Below, one piece after another: positions 29,768-39,564 of a DNA stretch of 64,000 nucleotides. Positions within the stretch are counted from its first letter, which is position 1. The number at the start of each line of letters is the position of its first letter. Position numbers and translations under genes: made by a program. Below the pieces are notes generated by a model. It made no database searches. It was not told the DNA's origin and was given only the letters and a program-made list of their open reading frames with translations. Origin of the DNA: Rhodospirillaceae bacterium (GTDB lineage Bacteria > Pseudomonadota > Alphaproteobacteria > UBA6615); NCBI GenBank assembly GCA_002713365.1, contig PASR01000014.1, forward strand, positions 69,309 through 133,308, in the 5' to 3' direction.

Positions 29768-30747
29768 GTAATATTAAAGAATTAGATCTCGGACCCCTGC
29801 ATGATTATTATGAGTTTGAACATGCCGTATCAGATTTCAAAGCTTCAGTAATCGAAGGTCTATCTTCGCCACAGAAAAAATTATCAAGCAAATATTTTTA
29901 TGATGTACGAGGCTCACAACTTTTTGATAAAATCACTGAACTTCCGGAATACTATTTATCTAGGACTGAAACAGATTTATTAAGAATTTATGCTGATGAA
30001 TTTGCTGAATTAATTGGAGAAGGATCTAGCTTAATTGAGTTTGGGAGTGGTTCAAGTACAAAAGTTCGCATTCTCCTTAATGCGCTTCAATCCCCTACAG
30101 CTTATGTTCCTATTGATATATCTCGTGAATATTTAATTCAGTCAGCTAAAGAGCTGGCGGTATCTTATCCTGATTTACCAGTAGTTCCTATTTGTGCTGA
30201 TTATACCCGACCCATTAAACTGCCTTTTATACCTAATGAAAATAGCCGAGCGGGTTTTTTCCCAGGTTCGACTATTGGTAATTTTACGTATCAAGATGCT
30301 GTTAAGTTTTTGCGTACTGTTGCCAATGACCTGGGCTCTGGAAATGGCTTGCTAATTGGAGTAGACCTTAAAAAAGATGTTAAAATCCTTCGAGCTGCTT
30401 ATAATGACGCTGCCGGAGTTACGGCGGAGTTTAACCTTAATATCTTACGTCATATAAATAGAGCACTAGGGGTAGATATGGACCCGAATGAATTTACTCA
30501 CGATGCTCTGTGGAACCACGAAAAGGGACGTATTGAGATGCATCTGGTTAGTAAATGCAACCAAACTGTTTATTTTGAAAACCTAGAGTTTGAATTTATA
30601 GAAGGAGAATCTATACATACAGAAAATTCTCATAAATATACAATCGAAGGTTTTCAGTCATTAGCGGCTTTGGCTGGCTGGGAGGCCTGTAAATATTGGA
30701 AAGATTCTAACAATTTATACTCTATACACTATCTTCGTGTTGTATAA
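29764..30747 (+). CDS. egtD: L-histidine N-alpha-trimethyltransferase EgtD
   Basis: KYFYDVRGSQLF..ITELPEYY, EFGSGS..K, FPGSTIGN, AYNDAAGVTAEFN, IHTENSHKY; 4-bp overlap with egtB. Confidence 0.95.
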   Translation: MSNIKELDLGPLHDYYEFEHAVSDFKASVIEGLSSPQKKLSSKYFYDVRGSQLFDKITELPEYYLSRTETDLLRIYADEFAELIGEGSSLIEFGSGSSTKVRILLNALQSPTAYVPIDISREYLIQSAKELAVSYPDLPVVPICADYTRPIKLPFIPNENSRAGFFPGSTIGNFTYQDAVKFLRTVANDLGSGNGLLIGVDLKKDVKILRAAYNDAAGVTAEFNLNILRHINRALGVDMDPNEFTHDALWNHEKGRIEMHLVSKCNQTVYFENLEFEFIEGESIHTENSHKYTIEGFQSLAALAGWEACKYWKDSNNLYSIHYLRVV

Positions 30748-30852
30748 TATGTATCTTTAAATATGTTATAAAAACACTTAATATCAATGCTTTAAATGTT
30801 TATGCGGTTATTCAAATATCCTATGTTGTCATGAAAATGTAATACTTATTTA

Positions 30853-30870
30853 AAAAATATCGATATTTTT
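30853..30870. promoter_or_regulatory. Perfect 18-bp palindrome, candidate operator
   Basis: AAAAATATCGATATTTTT immediately before a TTGAAG (-35-like) hexamer at 30872, upstream of the ABC operon. Confidence 0.4.
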
Positions 30871-30926
30871 ATTGAAGCTAAGGGTAAAGGAGTGATAGCT
30901 TAAGCAAAAATATAGGGAGTAGGCTC

Positions 30927-30997
30927 GCACTTGTATTGATTTTTACATATCGTTGTAAGGATTATCTCGGGTTGTCTGAGGTGTATTTTGCAAGTGT
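30927..30997 (+). ncRNA. Candidate structured 5' leader (three-way junction) of the ABC operon
   Basis: P1 GCACTTGTA/TGCAAGTGT; P2 TTTTTACA/TGTAAGGA; P3 TATCTCGG/CTGAGGTG; G-U pairs favour the + strand; folded by eye only. Confidence 0.3.
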
Positions 30998-31020
30998 ATT
31001 AAAGTCTTAGTGGATAATTT

Positions 31021-31830
31021 ATGTCTGATAGTTTGCAAGAAGCCGGTGAAGCGGTCTCTAAACCGAGTGCTACAAATAGTGATGTTGTAATAGAAGCAAA
31101 CGCACTAACTAAAGCTTTTAGTGAGGAGGTGGTTGCTCTTCAGGGGGCATCATTTAAAATTAATGAGGGCGACTTCATATCTTTGGTTGGACCTAGTGGT
31201 TGCGGAAAGTCCACGCTATTGAGACTAGTAGCGGGACTAATTGAGAAAACATCAGGTTCAGTCAAAGTAAGAGAAAATGAAGTTACTGAGCCACGGACTG
31301 ATATTGGGATGATGTTCCAGAAACCAGTTCTTTTGGAATGGCGTACGGCGGTAGAAAATGTCCTACTTCCTTCTGAGCTTACAGGTAAAATTACTGATGA
31401 GGATCGTAGTAGGGCAATTCAGGCGCTGCATCTCGTTGGCCTAAAAGACTTTGAGTTTCATTTTCCTCGCCAATTATCAGGTGGCATGCAACAGCGTGTT
31501 GCATTAGCTCGTTTATTGCAAACTGGAGCTGATATTCTTCTATTAGATGAGCCATTTGGCGCTCTTGATGAATTCACCCGCGAACGCCTTAACATAGAAT
31601 TAATGAACATCGTAGATGGGACCGCTACAACAAGTTTATTTGTCACCCATAATATAGCTGAAGCAATATTTCTTGCAGATGAGGTTATGGTAATGACACC
31701 AAGACCTGGTAAGCTAGCGAGAATAGTAGAAGTCCCCTTCGAAAGACCGCGATCATTAGAACTACAGCTAACACCAGAATTTAATAAGATAGAATCTGAA
31801 GTTCGGAATATTCTAGGAAGTTATGTATGA
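31021..31830 (+). CDS. ABC transporter ATP-binding protein, NitT/TauT family
   Basis: GPSGCGKST, LSGGMQQR, LLLDEPFGALD, VTHN. Confidence 0.95.
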   Translation: MSDSLQEAGEAVSKPSATNSDVVIEANALTKAFSEEVVALQGASFKINEGDFISLVGPSGCGKSTLLRLVAGLIEKTSGSVKVRENEVTEPRTDIGMMFQKPVLLEWRTAVENVLLPSELTGKITDEDRSRAIQALHLVGLKDFEFHFPRQLSGGMQQRVALARLLQTGADILLLDEPFGALDEFTRERLNIELMNIVDGTATTSLFVTHNIAEAIFLADEVMVMTPRPGKLARIVEVPFERPRSLELQLTPEFNKIESEVRNILGSYV

Positions 31831-32711
31831 CCGCAGAGACTTCTGAAGTTACCTACGTACCAGATAGGGAAAATACTTGGCGCTTTGTTCCCAAGCATTT
31901 TGCTATTTTTCTTGTCTTAATGAGCGTATGGGAGTTAGCTAATCGTATGGGTCTTGCTGATCCTTTGATGTTCCCTCGCCCTACTAGAATAGCCGAAGGA
32001 ATGTTACAAATTTTCTTTCTTAAGGCTACCGTTTGGGAACATTTGGCTGCTACATTTGCAAAAGCGATGGGTGGCTTTATAATTGGTACAGCAATTGGTA
32101 TGGGTTTGGCTATTGGAGCTGCATTACATACAGGTTTTCGTGATTATTTAAAGCCCTACATTATTTTAGTTGAGGCAATGCCTCGAATTGCTGTCGGACC
32201 TATATTTGTGGGTTGGTTAGGCTTTGGGTATGGCTCTGCTATTGCACTTGCGGCACTGGTATGTTTCTTCGGGCCATTTGTTAATACGATGACCGGCCTC
32301 ATGCAGATAGATGAAGAATCGGAAGAGTTATTCCGTTCCTGCCGAGCTTCAAAAAAACAGATATTTTTTAAACTAATGGTTCCTAACGCTATGCCGCTCA
32401 TATCGGCGGGATTAAAACTCGCTGCCGCTGGGGCATTTGCTGGTGCATTAGTTGCTGAGTTTATACAAGCTGATGTTGGCCTCGGTGTCATGATGCGGCG
32501 ATATGTAATTACTCTTAATATGGACTATGCTTTCTCTACCTTATTATCTATTACCGTATTTGCCTTTGTTCTTTTTCGATCAATTGAAATAATGAATTAT
32601 CGAATTATCTACTGGCATAGTGAGGAGTTAATGCAAAGGAAAAGTAAACGCAGAGCTTCTGAATTCGCTGGTATAATTAATAAACAAGTATCTGGGACGG
32701 GGGGGCAATAA
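31827..32711 (+). CDS. ABC transporter permease, NitT/TauT family
   Basis: TM segments; PRIAVGP, EAA-like loop ELFRSCRAS, VAEFI...GLG. Confidence 0.92.
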   Translation: MTAETSEVTYVPDRENTWRFVPKHFAIFLVLMSVWELANRMGLADPLMFPRPTRIAEGMLQIFFLKATVWEHLAATFAKAMGGFIIGTAIGMGLAIGAALHTGFRDYLKPYIILVEAMPRIAVGPIFVGWLGFGYGSAIALAALVCFFGPFVNTMTGLMQIDEESEELFRSCRASKKQIFFKLMVPNAMPLISAGLKLAAAGAFAGALVAEFIQADVGLGVMMRRYVITLNMDYAFSTLLSITVFAFVLFRSIEIMNYRIIYWHSEELMQRKSKRRASEFAGIINKQVSGTGGQ

Positions 32712-33586
32712 TGACCACCACTTCTCTGGAACCAGAAAATACTGTCAATAAAAGGTATGTAAAAGCTTTAAGATCCTCTGTGAAGCATATTGTCACCTTT
32801 GCTTTAATAATTGGCCTTTGGGAAATACTTGGACAGAATGGCCAACTGAATAAATATATATTGCCATGGCCTAGTTTGATATGGGCGCAATTAGTTGATT
32901 TGTTCTTTATCAGCGGCATAATTTACTATCATTTTTACACCACTCTAGCTGAAGCTACGATTGGCTTTTTTATTGGAATTACAATAGGTATTAGCCTTGC
33001 CGTTTCTGCGGCTTTTAGCCCAGTTTTTAGGCGTTATATAGCCCCATACGCAGTAATTTTTAGTGTAACACCTGGAATTGCTGTGACACCTATGATTATT
33101 GCCTGGTTTGGCTTCGGTTGGAGCTCAAAAATTGCCCTGGCGGCTCTTGTATGTTTCTTTCCTCCGTTCGTTAATACATTAACGGCGCTAACAAGAACTG
33201 ATGAGGATGGAAGTGATTTATTCCGGTCTATGGGGGCATCAAAAAGGGATTATTTTTGGAAGTTACAATTCCCAAATGCTATTCCCATGATTGTTGCTGG
33301 TTTGAAGCTTGCACTAACTGGGGCCTTATTAGGCACAATTGTTGCTGAGTTCGTCTCTGCTACTGCTGGTGTGGGCATTCTAATGCAGAGGTTCGCGTTC
33401 AAACTTCAGATTGATGGTTCCTTTGCAACTTTATTAACCATGTCAGCAATGGGTTTGATGCTATTTACAATCATGGAGATACTTGACTACAGAGTTGTAT
33501 TTTGGAAAAGAGATTCAAGATTACTCTCTGTTTCAAGAAAACGCGCCGCTAAGTGGCGCCGAGATCATGGGAATATTCCTATGTAA
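32711..33586 (+). CDS. ABC transporter permease, NitT/TauT family (second)
   Basis: Paralog of the previous gene; DLFRSMGAS, IVAEFV...GVG. Confidence 0.92.
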   Translation: MTTTSLEPENTVNKRYVKALRSSVKHIVTFALIIGLWEILGQNGQLNKYILPWPSLIWAQLVDLFFISGIIYYHFYTTLAEATIGFFIGITIGISLAVSAAFSPVFRRYIAPYAVIFSVTPGIAVTPMIIAWFGFGWSSKIALAALVCFFPPFVNTLTALTRTDEDGSDLFRSMGASKRDYFWKLQFPNAIPMIVAGLKLALTGALLGTIVAEFVSATAGVGILMQRFAFKLQIDGSFATLLTMSAMGLMLFTIMEILDYRVVFWKRDSRLLSVSRKRAAKWRRDHGNIPM

Positions 33587-33669
33587 TTTGTTTTAGTAAG
33601 CGGCATATAAATGTCCGTGCCGTATCGTTGGACGATTGTTGCGTCCGTTAACCAAGGGGAGAAGAAAGT

Positions 33670-34752
33670 ATGTTACGAAAAGCACTTTTAACCGCGTCTC
33701 TAGTAGGTATGCTGGTAGCTTCGGGTGTTGCGAATGCTGGTACCAAACTGACGCTAATACAGCCAAATAATGGAACTATGGGCTTCTATGGTCTGCATCT
33801 TGCTCGTGTTCTTGGCTATTATGAGGAAGAAGGAGTTGAGCTTAAATTACTTAATGGTGATACTTCTGTTCCTTACGTTGCCTTCTTGACGAATGGTAAT
33901 GCTGACCTAGCTATGTTGGATGGTCCTCAGACTTTTCAAGCAAAAAATGAAGGTGTAGGAACAAGAACTGTTTATACGGTTATGCTTGGAGCTCCAGAAG
34001 GAGTATTTGTTGCTAAGGATAGCCCAATTCAGTCAGTTACCGAATTAAAAGGTAAGACTGTAGGACTAGCGAGTGATCGTGATGCAGCATCTCTAGCTGT
34101 TGCTATGGCTCATGCTGGTTCTGATGCCAAGGGTATTAAAACTGTAATCGTTGGCGACGCCGGTCCTACACTAGCTAACGTATTTTTGAAGGGTACTGCA
34201 GCTGCATTCGCAGGCTCTATTAATGATTTAGCAGCTTTAGAGGCACGTGGAATTCCTATACGGGATATCACTCCTAAATCGGCTAAAAATGCGCCAGCAA
34301 ACACTTATGCTATGTTAGAGAAGAGAATGGATGAACTAAAAAAACCACTTTGTGGGTTCTTCCGCGCTTACTCAAAGGCTGTTTACGTTGGTACACAAGA
34401 CATAGAGATGGTTGCTTCTATGTCTCGTCATCCAGATGGCGTACCACATGAGTGGGAAGATGCTGCCTTCGGTTACAAGTATCTAGATGCAGTTGACGAT
34501 CTCCAGATTAACGCTGATACAGGAAAGTCTGGCAAAATTGGTCATGTTGATGAAGCTGCTTGGAAAGGCGTAATGAAAGACATGCTCATGATCGGAGCAA
34601 TTGATAAGAAATATGATGTCAATTCATTCATTAGCAATGATTTCATTGGTTGTGCTAATGATTTCGATAAAGCTGAAGTAATGGCAGAAGCACGTGCATG
34701 GATGGCTGATCCAAAGAATGCTAAATATACTGATAAGTCCAAATGGAAATAG
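33670..34752 (+). CDS. ABC substrate-binding protein, NMT1/SsuA/TauA-like
   Basis: Signal peptide (ANA cleavage), GYYEEEGV, SPIQSVTELKGKTVG. Confidence 0.88.
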   Translation: MLRKALLTASLVGMLVASGVANAGTKLTLIQPNNGTMGFYGLHLARVLGYYEEEGVELKLLNGDTSVPYVAFLTNGNADLAMLDGPQTFQAKNEGVGTRTVYTVMLGAPEGVFVAKDSPIQSVTELKGKTVGLASDRDAASLAVAMAHAGSDAKGIKTVIVGDAGPTLANVFLKGTAAAFAGSINDLAALEARGIPIRDITPKSAKNAPANTYAMLEKRMDELKKPLCGFFRAYSKAVYVGTQDIEMVASMSRHPDGVPHEWEDAAFGYKYLDAVDDLQINADTGKSGKIGHVDEAAWKGVMKDMLMIGAIDKKYDVNSFISNDFIGCANDFDKAEVMAEARAWMADPKNAKYTDKSKWK

Positions 34753-34775
34753 CAGTTTTATAGCATTATAAGTTT

Positions 34776-34807
34776 AAAAGGGCTGTCCTAAGGACAGCCC
34801 TTTTTTT
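34776..34807. terminator. Bidirectional Rho-independent terminator
   Basis: AAAAGGGCTGTCC-TAA-GGACAGCCCTTTTTTT between convergent genes. Confidence 0.88.
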
Positions 34808-34860
34808 ATTTAAAAAATTTATATTAATATTAAATATCAATATCTGCTACATATATGTTT

Positions 34861-36825
34861 TTATCTAAACAATTCAGATATACCGTTAAAAACATCAAGG
34901 GAATTGGGGTTAGCAAGTGCCTCCCGGTTATTTATTGGAAAACCATTAACTAGGTTGCGAATAGCAATTTCTGCTATCTTACCTGTTCGGGTTCTAGGAA
35001 TATCGTCTACAGCTATTATCTTGCGTGGCACATGCCTAGGTGAGGCACCCTTACGAATAGTTTCTGATATTTTTTCATATAGTAAACTGGTCAGTGACAA
35101 GTTATCTTTCAATTGTACAAATAGTATTATTCTTATATCTTTTTGCCACTGCTGACCAACTACGACACTTTCTAAAACTTCTTCAACCTTATTAACCTGT
35201 CTGTAAATTTCTGCAGTGCCAATTCTTACACCACCAGGGTTTAAAGTTGCATCAGAACGACCATATACTACATAACCGCCACTATATGAGCGTGATTCAG
35301 CAAAATCTCCTTGTGTCCACATGCCGGGATTTTGGCTGAAATAAGTATCTTCAAATTTTGATCCATCTTCATCATTTAGTAGACCTAAAGGCATTGATGG
35401 GAAGGGAGATTTGCAGATAAGTTCTCCTTTCTCACAATCAATAATATTCCCATTTGTATTAATTACAGCCATATCCATTCCCAGGGCTGGTGCTTGTAAT
35501 TCACCTCGACGAACAGGTCCCCATGGGTTGCTACCAAGTAGGCATCCCATAATTTCAGTTCCACCAGATGCAGAACTTAGATGCACGTCACTCGATATTT
35601 TTTCATAGATATAATCAAAACCTTCAGGGGATAAAACTGAACCCCCTGCTAATATAGTTCGTACTTTTTTTAATTTTGATTTGTTTTCGATTTTAAATCC
35701 ATTTTTTTTACATGCCTCAATATAAGAAGAACCAAGACCAAGTATAGTAACACCTTCTTCAGAGGCGAGATCCCATAATCTATTTGTTTTAGGATAAAAA
35801 GGAGAGCCATCATAACAGACAATTTTTGCTCCCGTGCCGAGATAATTTACTAGAAAATTCCACATCATCCAGCCTAAAGTTGTGGGGAAGAAAGCTGTAT
35901 CACTCTCTTTAAGGTCAAATAGCATTGAGTGTTCCCCTATGCTTTTAAGCATACTACCTCCAGCACTATGGATGATACACTTTGGCACTCCAGTTGTACC
36001 TGAGGTGTAGAGTATGAAGAGAGGGTGATCAAAAGGAAGGCGTTTATATTTAACGGGTTTAGGAGTATAAGGCTCAAGAAAGCTGCTCCATGAAACACTT
36101 TTTTTTATAACTTTGGTGACAGTAGTACTTTTTGTCTGAAGAATAATTATTTTTTTTAATGTGGGAAGTGAATTACAAACTTGGGAAAGTTTATCTAAAA
36201 TATCATAGCGCTTTCCGGCAAACGTGTAGCCGTCAACTGCGAAAAGAACTTCTGGTTCAGCTTGTAAAAGCCGGTCTAGTATACCTGCGGAACCAAAATC
36301 GGGAGATACAGAGGTCCAAACTCCACCTAGTGATGCTGTCCCTAACATTGCAGTAATTGATTCTGGCGTATTTAATAAAATAGCAGCAACTCTTGTGCCG
36401 GGAACCACTCCGCATGAAGAAAGAGCTTGCTGTAATCTTGAAACCTCAGCACGTAGATCACTAAAAGATAGTTCTTGACGTTCACCGGACTCATTTACAG
36501 CAGCTATTGCAATTTGATTGTCCGGCCACTTAAGAATTGTTTCAGCATAATTTAGCTTCAATTTTGGAAACCATTTTGCTTTAAAAAAATCTTCGCCATT
36601 TAACAGAGTGGGTTCAAGCGGACCTTCGGAAATTATTCCAAGAAACTTCCAGCATTCTCTCCAAAAGGCGCTTTTTTCGGTAACCGACCATTTCCAAAGT
36701 GCATGATAATCTAGGCCAAAATCTAGACCAATATTTTGCTTAATTTGTCTGGAAAACGCCGTAAGATTACAATTTTCAATCTTTTCCGAACTTGGTTCCC
36801 AAAGTATTGGTGCCAAGTCATTCAT
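34861..36825 (-). CDS. Acetoacetate-CoA ligase
   Basis: ILWEPS, SPDFG, FDHPLFILYTSGTTGVPKCIIH, GWMMWN, GRSDATLNPGGVRIGTAEIY. Confidence 0.9.
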   Translation of the reverse strand: MNDLAPILWEPSSEKIENCNLTAFSRQIKQNIGLDFGLDYHALWKWSVTEKSAFWRECWKFLGIISEGPLEPTLLNGEDFFKAKWFPKLKLNYAETILKWPDNQIAIAAVNESGERQELSFSDLRAEVSRLQQALSSCGVVPGTRVAAILLNTPESITAMLGTASLGGVWTSVSPDFGSAGILDRLLQAEPEVLFAVDGYTFAGKRYDILDKLSQVCNSLPTLKKIIILQTKSTTVTKVIKKSVSWSSFLEPYTPKPVKYKRLPFDHPLFILYTSGTTGVPKCIIHSAGGSMLKSIGEHSMLFDLKESDTAFFPTTLGWMMWNFLVNYLGTGAKIVCYDGSPFYPKTNRLWDLASEEGVTILGLGSSYIEACKKNGFKIENKSKLKKVRTILAGGSVLSPEGFDYIYEKISSDVHLSSASGGTEIMGCLLGSNPWGPVRRGELQAPALGMDMAVINTNGNIIDCEKGELICKSPFPSMPLGLLNDEDGSKFEDTYFSQNPGMWTQGDFAESRSYSGGYVVYGRSDATLNPGGVRIGTAEIYRQVNKVEEVLESVVVGQQWQKDIRIILFVQLKDNLSLTSLLYEKISETIRKGASPRHVPRKIIAVDDIPRTRTGKIAEIAIRNLVNGFPINNREALANPNSLDVFNGISELFR

Positions 36826-36846
36826 TTAAAAAGTAAAAATAAAAAT

Positions 36847-38046
36847 TTAGTCATTACGGCCAACAATACAAACCGCTGCAACATTCTCGTGTGGGAACCC
36901 ACCGAGATTATGTGTTAAACAAATATCAACCTTACTACGTTGGCGTTCAGCTGCTCTCCCAAGAAGTTGTAAATACATCTCATAGAGCATTCGTATGCCC
37001 GAGGCTCCAATTGGATGTCCAAAACATTTTAACCCTCCGTCGATTTGACAAGGAATGTTGCCATCGGAGTCATAAAAACCATCCATTATATCATTTGGTG
37101 CTTTGCCCTCTGCTGATATATGGAGATCTTCCATGGTAACTAGTTCGGTAACAGAAAAACAGTCATGGACTTCGATTAAACTAAGACTTTCTTTAGGGTT
37201 TTTTATGCCCGCCTCATCATAAGCACGTTTGCTCGCTACTCTTGTTGTTAGAAAATGACTACCATCCCAATGATTGTATGAAGCTTCTGTGCCATTGGAC
37301 GCTGCAATTTGTAATGCTTTAATAGTTATAACTGGACCTTTATTCATAGACTTAGCTATCTCAGGCGTGGTTAGAATTGCACAAGCTGCACCGTCTGAAA
37401 CACCGCAGCAATCATAAAGGCCTAACGGTTCAGCAATAATTGGGGCATTTAATGCGTCTTCTTCAGTTATAGCTCGACGCAGATGGGCTTTTTCATTTAA
37501 TAGGCCATTTGCATGACTCTTAACTGATACATGTGCAATCGCTCTCTTAAAGTCGTTTTTATCAATTTTGTTCTTAGCCCTATAAGCGCTAGCTAGCTGC
37601 GCGAACCCTCCTGGAGCCGTTATGTTAGCCCACCATTGACTATTTAAAGGGCCAGGATTCATATTAGGTAACCCTCCAAAACCTGTATCTTTAAGTTTTT
37701 CAACTCCTATGGCTAAAGCTATATCGCATGCCCCAGAGGCGACTGCATAAGCTGCTCCCCTGAATGCCTCTGAACCGCTGGCGCAGTAGTTTTCAACCCT
37801 AGTAACAGGAATATTAGGTAGTCTTAGCGCTTGTGAATATGGTATAGCAGATTTTCCAACGCCCATTTCATCAAATGTTGTTGAACCCCACGCTGCTTGT
37901 ATTTCCGAAACATCAACACCGGCGTCAGCAATACATTCTTCGAATGCTTCAACCATTAGGTCTTCAGCGTCAGCATCATACCGTTCACCAAATTTAGCAC
38001 ATCCCATACCTAGAATAGCTACTTTATCTTTGATACCACTAGCCAT
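36847..38046 (-). CDS. Thiolase-superfamily acetyltransferase (SCP-x / PhlC / archaeal-type)
   Basis: ENYCASGSEA, DCCGVSDGA, EVHDCF, GGLKCFGHPIGASG, HNLGG. Confidence 0.9.
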   Translation of the reverse strand: MASGIKDKVAILGMGCAKFGERYDADAEDLMVEAFEECIADAGVDVSEIQAAWGSTTFDEMGVGKSAIPYSQALRLPNIPVTRVENYCASGSEAFRGAAYAVASGACDIALAIGVEKLKDTGFGGLPNMNPGPLNSQWWANITAPGGFAQLASAYRAKNKIDKNDFKRAIAHVSVKSHANGLLNEKAHLRRAITEEDALNAPIIAEPLGLYDCCGVSDGAACAILTTPEIAKSMNKGPVITIKALQIAASNGTEASYNHWDGSHFLTTRVASKRAYDEAGIKNPKESLSLIEVHDCFSVTELVTMEDLHISAEGKAPNDIMDGFYDSDGNIPCQIDGGLKCFGHPIGASGIRMLYEMYLQLLGRAAERQRSKVDICLTHNLGGFPHENVAAVCIVGRND

Positions 38047-38106
38047 TAGTATACTCCGTTAGGTTTATGACTTATAAAATACATCATATCTTTTATAAAC
38101 TGCTTA

Positions 38107-39564
38107 TTATTTTGCAGGTGAAGCTTTCCAAAAATAACGCACGAATCCTCTTTGTTCGTCCAGATCTTTTATTCTAAAAACCATTCTTATTGGCATATCT
38201 ACTTTTATTTCATCATGTTCGATATCTGTGAAATCAGTCATTAACCGACCTCCGCCTTCGAATTGCACCATGCCATAGTGCGCTGGCGGATCTAATGAGT
38301 ATGCTAACTGGTCAGATGTCCATGACATTATAGTTGCTTTTTTTTCGGAAAAACTCTCATCTAATTGTGAGTCATGGCTGCCACAGTTGGGATTTACACA
38401 AATTTTTGTTTTTGGTATTTGTGCTGTGCCGCACTTTGTGCATTTTCCGCCATTAAATCCAAGAAGAAAACTTCGATTTCTATAAAGTGTTGTTAGTGCT
38501 GTTTGTTTGTCCTGTTCAGCTCTCATGCCGCGTTCCATATCAATTAGCCCATTAAATGATAGAAACTTAATGTAATTTTTTTCTGTACGGCGCCTAAGAA
38601 GTGTACCGACAACGCCGTTATTCTTTTGGTAGCGAGTAATTTCTTTAGAAGTTTCAAGTAAAAATGTATCCACTCCCTGACCAAATCCACAAACTAATAT
38701 TTTTTCGCCGGGCTTAGCTTTTTCAAGAACGGATATAAGCATTATAAGCGGATGGGCTACGCCGGTGTCACCACAGTTAATTTGCATATTATCAGTTATT
38801 GCTTCAGGGTTAATACTTAAGTTCTTAGCAATAACTTGCGGTGTTCCTCTTGATATAACCGGAATGATAAGGTGATCAATTTCTTCAGCTGGAACATTTG
38901 TTTTTTCTAGTAAATTAATAATTGCGTTAGATATAAGCTTTATATGGCCTTCTTGGCGTATCCAGCGCTCTTCCCAGTAATAATCAAATTTACGATTAGC
39001 CGGACGATAATGATCAACAAAATCATCTGTAAAGCTATAAAAATCAATTAAATCAGCAATAATTTCATTATTATTACCATTGCCAACCCTTAATGCAGCT
39101 GCTCCATCTCCGTATGTTAACTCTTGTGTGCTTCCTGGCCTTGTTAGGCGTTTATCAGCTGCAATGCATAGTTTTTCATTATCAGAGTTATTATCGAGTG
39201 ATGTTAAAGCACTAATAAGTGCAGTTGTACCAGACCGTTGTGACCCAGTTACGTCCATGGCCATAATATTGCTATTCAAGCTAAGAGCAGTAGCAACTAT
39301 TGCTGCATTTTGTCTGTCGGCAAATGGGTTGGTTGTAGAAGCAAAATAAATATTTTCTATTAAACTACGTTCATTAATTGATAAACAATCTCTTGCGGCT
39401 TCAACTCCTAGTGTTATTGGATCTTCGTCCCAGTTAGACATTGATCTTTCGCCTTTGGCTAGCGAAGCAATTCCTGGATTAAGCCATTTATTAGCATCAA
39501 CTATCGATTCTCTTTTAAGTCTAAGTTTGGGAATGTAAGCACCAAATCCGGTGATTCCAACCAT
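38107..39564 (-). CDS. HMG-CoA-synthase-like domain fused to DUF35 (Zn-ribbon/OB-fold)
   Basis: GITGFGAYIP.LRL, DEDPITL, GDGAAA, G(D)TG, GFGQG; C-terminal CTKCG...CVNPNC plus OB-fold MVFR...YFWKA; ATG 39564 after GGAG (ORF track gives 39579). Confidence 0.88.
   Translation of the reverse strand: MVGITGFGAYIPKLRLKRESIVDANKWLNPGIASLAKGERSMSNWDEDPITLGVEAARDCLSINERSLIENIYFASTTNPFADRQNAAIVATALSLNSNIMAMDVTGSQRSGTTALISALTSLDNNSDNEKLCIAADKRLTRPGSTQELTYGDGAAALRVGNGNNNEIIADLIDFYSFTDDFVDHYRPANRKFDYYWEERWIRQEGHIKLISNAIINLLEKTNVPAEEIDHLIIPVISRGTPQVIAKNLSINPEAITDNMQINCGDTGVAHPLIMLISVLEKAKPGEKILVCGFGQGVDTFLLETSKEITRYQKNNGVVGTLLRRRTEKNYIKFLSFNGLIDMERGMRAEQDKQTALTTLYRNRSFLLGFNGGKCTKCGTAQIPKTKICVNPNCGSHDSQLDESFSEKKATIMSWTSDQLAYSLDPPAHYGMVQFEGGGRLMTDFTDIEHDEIKVDMPIRMVFRIKDLDEQRGFVRYFWKASPAK

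Noticed and set aside
38107-39564. Mevalonate-pathway HMG-CoA synthase
   Set aside because: Catalytic Cys appears absent and no mevalonate genes are nearby
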